A stretch of DNA of 5,897 nucleotides, taken from a virus. The position numbers and the translations under genes are program-made. Below are positions 1 to 5,080 of the stretch, in pieces; the stretch's first letter is position 1, and every line of letters starts with the position of its first letter. The stretch lies in the IMG/VR virus record IMGVR_UViG_3300022758_000044, positions 1 through 5,897 of that record, one strand, 5' to 3'. The notes below the pieces were generated by a model. It was given only the letters and a program-made list of their open reading frames with translations. It did no database searches and was not told the origin of the DNA.

Positions 1-127
1 CCCCAGCCCCATTTGCGCTTGCTGTATCGCTGCTGCTTGTTGTGCTGCCGCGCCGTCGGCTCGACCTGCTTCGGCGCCTCCTGTTTCGCCTTGTGGTGCG
101 CCTGTTGTTGCTCCGCCAGCGCCGCCG
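1..127. repeat. Exact 127-bp direct terminal repeat (1..127 is identical to 5771..5897). It is a circular-contig overlap, so the unit genome is 5770 nt.
   Basis: Base-by-base comparison of the first 127 nt with 5771..5897 shows perfect identity. A length of 127 is typical of de Bruijn assembler k-mer overlaps on circular molecules. Confidence 0.95.
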
Positions 128-465
128 GCGCCACCTCCTCCGTACATGAGGCCTACTGACAGTCCCGCGTCTTCCATTTGTTCGCGCATTGCTGCGTAAC
201 TTTGGTCTTGATACGACCTTTCATACATTTCCATTTGTCGTTTGTACGCGTTTTCTGCAGCCATTTCTCCGTATTCGTAGTTGAGTTTTGCTGCTTGCTC
301 GTTCAGCTCTTTTTGTGCCTCTACTTGGCGCTTCATGCGCTTTTTTGCGCCGATTCCGCCGAATAGCGCGCCAACTGCTCCGGTTATACCCGAAGCGAGT
401 CCGCCTGTTAATCCGTCGGCAGTCGCATTTCCTACGCTATTGAGGAAGTCTCCAAATTTTCCCAT
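1..465 (-). CDS. VP2: N-terminal 155 codons of the same DNA pilot protein, with ATG at 465..463. The full protein is 384 aa (465..1 followed by 5770..5081).
   Basis: Manual minus-strand translation, in frame with the 5782 Met (which corresponds to position 12), gives MGKFGDFLNSVGNATADGLTGGLASGITGAVGALFGGIGAKKRMKRQVEAQKELNEQAAKLNYEYGEMAAENAYKRQMEMYERSYQDQSYAAMREQMEDAGLSVGLMYGGGGAGGAGGATTGAPQGETGGAEAGRADGAAAQQAAIQQAQ-MGLGLV... The first in-frame stop (TAG) is at 513..511 and the first ATG is at 465. The N-terminus is Gly-rich, as is typical of microvirus pilot proteins. Confidence 0.75.
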   Translation of the reverse strand, partial: MGKFGDFLNSVGNATADGLTGGLASGITGAVGALFGGIGAKKRMKRQVEAQKELNEQAAKLNYEYGEMAAENAYKRQMEMYERSYQDQSYAAMREQMEDAGLSVGLMYGGGGAGGAGGATTGAPQGETGGAEAGRADGAAAQQAAAIQQAQMGLG

Positions 466-570
466 ATTGTTCGATTGGTTTAATTTTTTCGCGATTTTTT
501 GTAAAAAAATCTAAAACATACCTTCTTGTTATAAAAGTATAATCGTTCACCAAAAACGATTTTGTTAAAA

Positions 571-592
571 AGGTCGGATTTTAACCCGACCT
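571..592 (-). terminator. Intrinsic-terminator-like hairpin downstream of the 117-aa ORF. On the mRNA strand: AGGUCGG-GUUAAAAU-CCGACCU followed by UUUUAAC.
   Basis: A 7-bp GC-rich inverted repeat (aggtcgg 571-577 / ccgacct 586-592). On the minus (coding) strand it is followed immediately by a TTTT run. A second, weaker stem (aatcgtt 541-547 / aacgatt 555-561) follows it. Confidence 0.5.
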
Positions 593-616
593 GTCAAAAG
601 TTCGTCATGGGTGCGA

Positions 617-970
617 TTATACGGCTGCTCCGTCATGAGGGGTCCCCTTAGGGGTTGCTTCTCCGGCTTCTCGTCCGCTCTGCTTTTCTAGGTTTTCTCC
701 TCCCATGATTTCTTCCGTTTTTGCTGCTTCGGCAAATTTCACGCTGTTGAGCTTCTCCATGGCCGCTTGTGCGATTTCGAATCTGTCTGTACGAATGTCG
801 TATTCAGGAATTACCCCTTTACTTTTCTCCGTGTAAATCATCGGCGCAACCGCTTCGATCGGTTTTTTCTCTTCTGTCGCTTTGCGCAGTTTTACCTCCA
901 GCGGTTCTGCTTCGTAGCTGTCATTTTTGATAATGCCGTGCGTTTGATAGCTGATGTTTTCTTTGTACAT
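617..970 (-). CDS. Hypothetical acidic 117-aa protein. It is a possible internal scaffolding protein (VP3-like).
   Basis: A complete ORF packed between VP1 and the pilot gene on the same strand, with no competing frame. The composition is Glu/Lys-rich and acidic, which is consistent with microvirus scaffolding proteins. No recognisable motif is present, so the function is inferred from position only. Confidence 0.5.
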   Translation of the reverse strand: MYKENISYQTHGIIKNDSYEAEPLEVKLRKATEEKKPIEAVAPMIYTEKSKGVIPEYDIRTDRFEIAQAAMEKLNSVKFAEAAKTEEIMGGENLEKQSGREAGEATPKGTPHDGAAV

Positions 971-1002
971 TTTTAGGCGTTTTTAAGTGTTTTTATATCA
1001 AA

Positions 1003-1020
1003 GTGAGGGTTTCCCCTCAC
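1003..1020 (-). terminator. Stable GNRA-tetraloop hairpin (mRNA: GUGAGGG-GAAA-CCCUCAC) 22 nt downstream of the VP1 stop. It is a candidate partial terminator, attenuator or mRNA-stabilising element.
   Basis: A perfect 7-bp inverted repeat (gtgaggg 1003-1009 / ccctcac 1014-1020) with a 4-nt loop that reads GAAA on the coding strand. It is followed on the mRNA by UUUGAUAU, a short and imperfect U-tract. Confidence 0.45.
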
Positions 1021-1041
1021 CTTGATTGTTTGATTTGATTT

Positions 1042-3033
1042 TTACAGGTTCGGAATTTGTTTTGCTGACATTTTCCGTCGTACGACGCAGTCGATTGCAC
1101 ATTGTACCCAGATGTTTTTTGCTGATAGTTTTGCATCTGCGAATGCTACGTTGTACTTCGTCGGGTCAATATACGTCGTCAGGTCGCTGATTGTTCCTGT
1201 GCTGTCATGTTCGTAGCTTCTGTTCATGGCCATGTGTGCTAGCTCTCTGAATGCAGAGAACGACCCGAACGACTGATCTACGTTAGTCATGTACTCTTGC
1301 CATGCTACTTGCTTTCCGGCTGACCTCCATACTATCGTACCGTCGGCGTTCACTTCTGTGTCGAATGCAGCCATTTCGTCCGTGATCAGCTCTTGAAACG
1401 CAATCCCGTCGAGGTTAGGCTTATGGAAATCATTCATCGTTTGTAGCCTCGTCCACCACTTGTTGCCCTGTGAGTAGTCAACGCGCGGGGTGAAGCTTCC
1501 GATAATCATGATCATCGACGGTTCTCTAATTTTGATCTTGATGCTGTTGCCTCCTCGTGCTCGGCGTTCTGCTCCTCGGCCTGCCAGCGTTCCCAGCGGC
1601 TGATCCTCTGTTGCGCTGTTGCTTACTACTTCGTCGAACACTACTTCTGACGACATTCCGCCGACATACATAGGCGATTCTGCGATTCGCAAGGCTTTTT
1701 CGTCGTATACTACTTCCTGCCATGATTGATAACTCCCATCGCTTACGGCGATTCTGTTCATCATGTCGTAGATTTTTTTCGCGAGTATCAGCGCGTCCAT
1801 TTTTAGCATGCCATCGCTGACATCTACGCTTGTAATATCCGCGATTCCGCCCTCCCCGTCAATCCATTCGGTAGATAGCCAGTTGTTGAATCTGTCGGAG
1901 AGATACGTTTTGATGCCTAACCCCGCTTGATTGAACCACGACGCGTTGCCGTTTGCGTTCGTTTCGTTTACTGTTGCGTCTGCAATACTTGCCGTGTATG
2001 GCAGACTGTTAAGGCTTCCGATGTCGAACGGTGCTGTTTTTGGCGCCGCGAGAATTGCTTCTCGCATTTCGTCGATGTTTGACAACTCGAATTTCGACAA
2101 GCCGATAGTTTCGTTGTCTACTTCGTACGCGCTTTCTCCCGGTTGAAAGTTTGTTGGGTTTGAACTCGATTTTGATGTAAATATCCAGCTGGTTGAGTTT
2201 TTCCCTACCCAGCCTGCCGGCCGTGCATCCCATAGTGCTTTGTTTTTCAAGTCGAACGTTGTACTGCTTTCTGGCGTTATTTTTACGCTTCGCGCTGTGC
2301 TTTCGTTTACTTCGCCGTTGAATATCACGTTGATTCTCCATTCGCCAGTTAATGTCGTTGAACCTACCTCTTGCCACTTCTTTTTGCTGTTTGTTTGATA
2401 CTCCGGCGTTCCGTTTGCATTATATACGGTTATTGTTTTGATCAATCCCTGTCCTTGGGTAATCACGTACCCTACTTCCTCCTGCTTGTTTGCGTAGTAA
2501 TTCTTGTAGGTGTCCCAGTACATGAGCAGAAACATTGCCGGAAATGTTCTCGCAAACGACGTTTCTCCTGTTTTGCTTCGGCCAAGGCCCCGGATTCCCG
2601 TGTATGCCATTAGGCTGTCTTGGCTGATTTGCTGGCTGTTCAAGTCGTCTTTTGTCATGTCCGGCTGATTTGCTCGTAGTTTCATTACCGGTAGTTTGAC
2701 GTTTTGCATTTTCATGCCGATTCCCAGTGCGTTGTTGTGTAACACCCTGATGTACAGCCGTATGGGCGCATGGAAGACATCGATTTGATGTTTCAGTCGT
2801 CCGAATATTGGTCCATTCGTTGGTAGTGTTCGAATTTTTGTCGTCAGGTCGATGTTGTACGTCGTGCCGTTTAGCCCGATGTCGCAGAAGTACGGCACTA
2901 GTGTTCCGATTGCTTGGTCAGTTTTGAATAACTGTCCGATGTTGTGACTACTTCTGTTGAATCCGTGCAGAGTCACGTTCATTTTGCTGCCGGAGCCGAG
3001 CCTCTCGCCTCCGAGTGCTTTTGTGATTGCCAT
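1042..3033 (-). CDS. VP1: Microviridae major capsid protein VP1 (F-like jelly-roll capsid protein), 663 aa.
   Basis: The N-terminal region NVTLHGFNRSSHNIGQLFKTDQAIGTLVPYFCDIGLNGTTYNIDL matches the conserved microvirus VP1 N-terminal signature (H-x-F-[DN]-R-S ... [LI]-[IV]-P-x-F-x-[DE]-x-x-x-[PN]-G-[DT]). At 663 aa it is in the Alpavirinae-like size range and is the largest ORF in the genome. The 6 nt between the upstream ORF stop (3040) and this ATG indicate tight packing. Confidence 0.95.
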   Translation of the reverse strand: MAITKALGGERLGSGSKMNVTLHGFNRSSHNIGQLFKTDQAIGTLVPYFCDIGLNGTTYNIDLTTKIRTLPTNGPIFGRLKHQIDVFHAPIRLYIRVLHNNALGIGMKMQNVKLPVMKLRANQPDMTKDDLNSQQISQDSLMAYTGIRGLGRSKTGETSFARTFPAMFLLMYWDTYKNYYANKQEEVGYVITQGQGLIKTITVYNANGTPEYQTNSKKKWQEVGSTTLTGEWRINVIFNGEVNESTARSVKITPESSTTFDLKNKALWDARPAGWVGKNSTSWIFTSKSSSNPTNFQPGESAYEVDNETIGLSKFELSNIDEMREAILAAPKTAPFDIGSLNSLPYTASIADATVNETNANGNASWFNQAGLGIKTYLSDRFNNWLSTEWIDGEGGIADITSVDVSDGMLKMDALILAKKIYDMMNRIAVSDGSYQSWQEVVYDEKALRIAESPMYVGGMSSEVVFDEVVSNSATEDQPLGTLAGRGAERRARGGNSIKIKIREPSMIMIIGSFTPRVDYSQGNKWWTRLQTMNDFHKPNLDGIAFQELITDEMAAFDTEVNADGTIVWRSAGKQVAWQEYMTNVDQSFGSFSAFRELAHMAMNRSYEHDSTGTISDLTTYIDPTKYNVAFADAKLSAKNIWVQCAIDCVVRRKMSAKQIPNL

Positions 3034-3039
3034 GTTTTT

Positions 3040-3399
3040 CTACTTTTTTTTCGTTCGATTTTGTGTTTCCCATGCGTCGCGATACACTGCCGTGGCGATA
3101 AAAATTAGGTCCCATCCTTTTTCGTCCACTGCTTTCTGTGCTGCTTCGATGGTTTTGTATTTTTCCGGGCTTACAGCCTGTCCGGCCAGCACCAGTGTAT
3201 ACCCTTCCTTTCGTTTTCCAACGGCGTAGAACGGCCCGCGTTTGAGCGGCGCCCAATCGAAATTTTCGACTTTTTCCGTCGTTTCTTTCACTTCAGAAGA
3301 GTTTGAGCTGTTCAGGAGCTCTCTGAATTTCCCCGATTCTTCTGATTGTGTGCACGTACGTGCCGTAAGGTTCTTTTTGCTCGATGATTTTTGTGCCAT
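3040..3399 (-). CDS. Hypothetical protein, 119 aa from the first ATG. The true start may instead be the GTG at 3291..3289, giving 83 aa.
   Basis: An ORF ending 6 nt before the VP1 ATG. The C-terminal two-thirds (FDWAPLKRGPFYAVGKRKEGYTLVLAGQAVSPEKYKTIEAAQKAVDEKGWDLIFIATAVYRDAWE) looks like a folded domain. The N-terminal 36 aa are low-complexity Ser/Lys and overlap the 66-aa ORF in another frame. A GTG lies 2 nt after that ORF's TGA. Confidence 0.5.
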   Translation of the reverse strand: MAQKSSSKKNLTARTCTQSEESGKFRELLNSSNSSEVKETTEKVENFDWAPLKRGPFYAVGKRKEGYTLVLAGQAVSPEKYKTIEAAQKAVDEKGWDLIFIATAVYRDAWETQNRTKKK

Positions 3400-3493
3400 A
3401 GCTTTTGTAAATTTTGTTAGTTAGTTGTTGTTTTGACCATATCACCCCGTCCTCGTCTACGTATGTAACCGGGAGATATTTTTTTGTTTTCAT
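3293..3493 (-). CDS. Hypothetical small protein, 66 aa.
   Basis: A complete ORF whose ATG (3493..3491) lies 1 nt after the TAA of the preceding 67-aa ORF (TAAcATG), typical of translationally coupled phage genes. The sequence is non-repetitive and protein-like (MKTKKYLPVTYVDEDGVIWSKQQLTNKIYKSYGTKIIEQKEPYGTYVHTIRRIGEIQRAPEQLKLF). Confidence 0.5.
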   Translation of the reverse strand: MKTKKYLPVTYVDEDGVIWSKQQLTNKIYKSYGTKIIEQKEPYGTYVHTIRRIGEIQRAPEQLKLF

Positions 3494-3494
3494 G

Positions 3495-3698
3495 TTAGTA
3501 CGCTGCGTTGTTTGTTTTTGTTTTTATCCACATCTCTACCGAGTCTGTGTGTAAGCCTTTTTTGTGCAATATGTAACTTGCACTACAGCTCGTGAACGTC
3601 AGTATTATTGTCACAAGCAAAGCAATTATCGAGATAATCACTTTCGCCCATGTCGGCTTTGTCTTTGCCCAGTTCAGAAATTTCGTGATGTATTCCAT
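3495..3698 (-). CDS. Small single-pass membrane protein, 67 aa. It is a candidate lysis protein (phiX174 E-like amurin or holin-like).
   Basis: An amphipathic N-terminus followed by a clean 19-residue hydrophobic helix (VIISIIALLVTIILTFTSC) and a short polar, basic C-tail. It overlaps the 3' end of the 112-aa ORF by 116 nt in a different frame (overprinted arrangement). Confidence 0.5.
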   Translation of the reverse strand: MEYITKFLNWAKTKPTWAKVIISIIALLVTIILTFTSCSASYILHKKGLHTDSVEMWIKTKTNNAAY

Positions 3699-3921
3699 AG
3701 CGTAATAGTTCTTCTTTGATTTGATTTAATTTGTACTCGGTTGTCCAGATGTCTTTTAATAGAGACTCTTTTTTGAGGAGGAGCTCGCCCCAGCTCTGGC
3801 GCAGATTTTTGATTTTCCATTCTTTGTTTGTCATAGTGATGTTGTTTTCTGCAAATGTATAAAACTTTTTCCTTATAATCCAAATTTTTTGCGGCTTTTT
3901 TTGTATTTTTTTAAGTTCCAT
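3583..3921 (-). CDS. Hypothetical protein, 112 aa from the ATG at 3921 (overlapping the Rep 3' end by 49 nt), or 84 aa from the ATG at 3834.
   Basis: An ORF on the gene strand immediately after Rep. Its central region is coiled-coil-like (KEWKIKNLRQSWGELLLKKESLLKDIWTTEYKLNQIKEELLRYG). The start codon is ambiguous and there is no SD to arbitrate. Confidence 0.4.
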   Translation of the reverse strand: MELKKIQKKPQKIWIIRKKFYTFAENNITMTNKEWKIKNLRQSWGELLLKKESLLKDIWTTEYKLNQIKEELLRYGIHHEISELGKDKADMGESDYLDNCFACDNNTDVHEL

Positions 3922-4811
3922 GGTTCCGCAGGATAACCGAGAGCTACGTTTTCGTCTTGTCTGTATTTTAGTGCTTGGTCGTACTCTCGTTCGCCCTCCA
4001 TTGTTGACACGTCGATTTTTTCACCTCTGACGTATCGCGTTTGTTTGTTGAGTTTTTGTAGCCATAGTTGTTCGCGTTCCTCGTCTGTCCATAGTTTGTT
4101 CCGATAGTATATTGGTAAGGCTAGTTTTTGCCCTGCCGGCGTTTTGTAATACTCTCGTGTGTTTTCTCCTTGAAACTTATTGAGTCTTGCGTCGTATCTG
4201 TTTAGCCACCCTTTTCCTAGTCCTTTTGATGCGAATACTTTGCTTGTAAATCCTGAGTGTGCCGTGTCTACCTTGCTTACATATTTCACGCAGTATCCCA
4301 CTGACCTGTCGTTTACGTACTCTCCTGTGTCCACCCATCCGTATCCCCATATTTCTTCGATTTCTGCGGCACTTTTTGTTGTCCATAGAAAGCCGTGTAA
4401 GTGCAGCCTTTCTGTGCTTTTGTGAAACTCTGCTCTTTTTCCGTGGCCCAATTCCGTGACGAGCCAATGTTTGATTGATTCGTTGTATTTCTTAATCCAT
4501 CGCTTTCCAAATAGCTTGATAGCTCGGGCTGCTATCTCGTTCGGGTCTTCTGTTTTGCATTCTTTTTCCAGTTTATCGAGTGCTTCGTTGCTGAAGGTCA
4601 TTGTCATGAAGAGTGCCCGCGCGTCGTCTTTCAATTCTTCGTGTAGTCGCACTTGCCACTCGCGCGCTTTTTTTTGACGGCATTCTATGCATTTTCCGCA
4701 TCCGAAAGGTACTGCTTTTACGCGTGCGTCCGGCGCCTCTGGTACAAAGCCGCCGTTTTTCCGATTTGGCAAATATTTTGGGTTTGTCCCTATCCTGCTA
4801 TACAGGCACAT
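3873..4811 (-). CDS. VP4: Microviridae replication initiation protein VP4 (HUH rolling-circle endonuclease, phiX174 gpA family), 313 aa, with the start refined to the ATG at 4811..4809.
   Basis: Motif I is FMTMTF, motif II is HLHGFLW (HUH), and motif III is YCVKYVSK (two catalytic Tyr; compare phiX174 gpA YVAKYVNK). The N-terminus MCLYSRIGTNPKY...PFGCGKCIECRQKK matches the microvirus VP4 start (MC...P[CF]G.C..CR). The 148 codons upstream in the track ORF (4812..5255) are an Arg-rich translation of a GC-rich non-coding region and are excluded. Confidence 0.93.
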   Translation of the reverse strand: MCLYSRIGTNPKYLPNRKNGGFVPEAPDARVKAVPFGCGKCIECRQKKAREWQVRLHEELKDDARALFMTMTFSNEALDKLEKECKTEDPNEIAARAIKLFGKRWIKKYNESIKHWLVTELGHGKRAEFHKSTERLHLHGFLWTTKSAAEIEEIWGYGWVDTGEYVNDRSVGYCVKYVSKVDTAHSGFTSKVFASKGLGKGWLNRYDARLNKFQGENTREYYKTPAGQKLALPIYYRNKLWTDEEREQLWLQKLNKQTRYVRGEKIDVSTMEGEREYDQALKYRQDENVALGYPAEPWNLKKYKKSRKKFGL

Positions 4812-4833
4812 ATTGATGATGATAACACTGTAG
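4809..4833 (+). promoter_or_regulatory. Candidate viral-strand replication origin. It is a 25-nt segment, cacatattgatgatgataacactgtag, similar to the phiX174 gpA origin CAACTTG|ATATTAATAACACTATAG. The TTG|AT nick dinucleotide is conserved.
   Basis: An ungapped alignment gives 19/25 identities, including the complete ATAACACT core and the TTGAT nick-site context. It lies at the 5' end of rep, where phiX174 has its ori inside gene A. The match is on the window + strand, antisense to the genes. The comparison is to the phiX174 ori as recalled from memory. Confidence 0.35.
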
Positions 4834-5080
4834 GTATATACTAATCGCGCTGCCGTTAAGAATGGCCGAGTAATGATTTCCGGTGCCGAAGAAATCGCGG
4901 ACGCGAGTTCGAGGCCCTGAAATCGCGCAGGCCGTTTAGGCGCGCAGTTCTCGCGCTCGAAAGTACCGCCTTTCGAAGCGTATAGTAATTGTTGTGAAGG
5001 CAGAGCGGTTGCCCGCCCTGCCTTGCTTGCGCGTTGTGACTTGTTGCGTGTGTGCGCGTGTCTGACACGTGCGCGCGCGC
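4812..5080. promoter_or_regulatory. Structured GC-rich intergenic region between the pilot stop and the Rep start. It is a candidate complementary-strand origin or primosome assembly site, or a Rep/host-factor binding region, and presumably holds the rep promoter.
   Basis: The region is about 58-60% GC, against about 47% for the rest of the genome. Hairpins occur at 4875-4896, 4953-4980 and 4999-5022 (a 10-bp stem; on the coding strand the loop is a GNRA GCAA tetraloop). There is a perfect 13-bp palindrome cgtgtcTgacacg at 5057-5069, flanked by alternating purine-pyrimidine tracts (5046-5062, and (GC)5 at 5071-5080). A direct repeat GAAATCGCG occurs at 4891-4899 and 4919-4927, with TAATCGCG at 4842-4849. 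No ORF here has a credible composition. Confidence 0.55.

Noticed and set aside
178-514. The + strand ORFs 178..366 (62 aa) and 281..514 (77 aa).
   Set aside because: Both are antisense to the N-terminal region of the pilot protein gene that wraps around the circle. Their composition is Cys/Phe/Leu-rich and shadow-like.
1526-2613. Internal ORFs within the VP1 locus: 1526..1723 (-), 2009..2377 (-, Arg-rich), 1931..2146 (+) and 2371..2613 (+).
   Set aside because: They are alternative-frame or antisense shadows of the well-supported 663-aa VP1 ORF. They have Arg-rich or low-complexity composition, and none starts in a sensible intergenic context.
4864-4917. A tRNA-like impression from GGCCGAGT (a class-II tRNA D-arm-like motif) and GAGTTCGAGG (a T-loop-like motif).
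   Set aside because: No cloverleaf could be built. The T-stem arms do not pair (gcgag / ccctg), there is no anticodon stem, and there is no acceptor stem complementarity on either strand.
4856-5068. A 70-aa Arg/His-rich ORF on the gene strand inside the GC-rich intergenic region. It could be imagined as a J/VP8-like basic DNA-binding protein.
   Set aside because: Its composition is exactly what any frame of a GC-rich, palindromic non-coding region yields. It spans the hairpins and the 13-bp palindrome and overlaps the refined Rep start region. It is not firmly excluded, but it cannot be supported from sequence alone.
5057-5069. Whether the 13-bp palindrome or its neighbours could be a XerC/XerD dif-like site for prophage integration, as proposed for Bacteroidales microviral prophages.
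   Set aside because: The 6+1+6 geometry does not match dif architecture (11-bp arms around a 6-bp spacer). I cannot recall a Bacteroidota dif consensus to compare with. It is left as a generic protein-binding palindrome inside the structured intergenic region.
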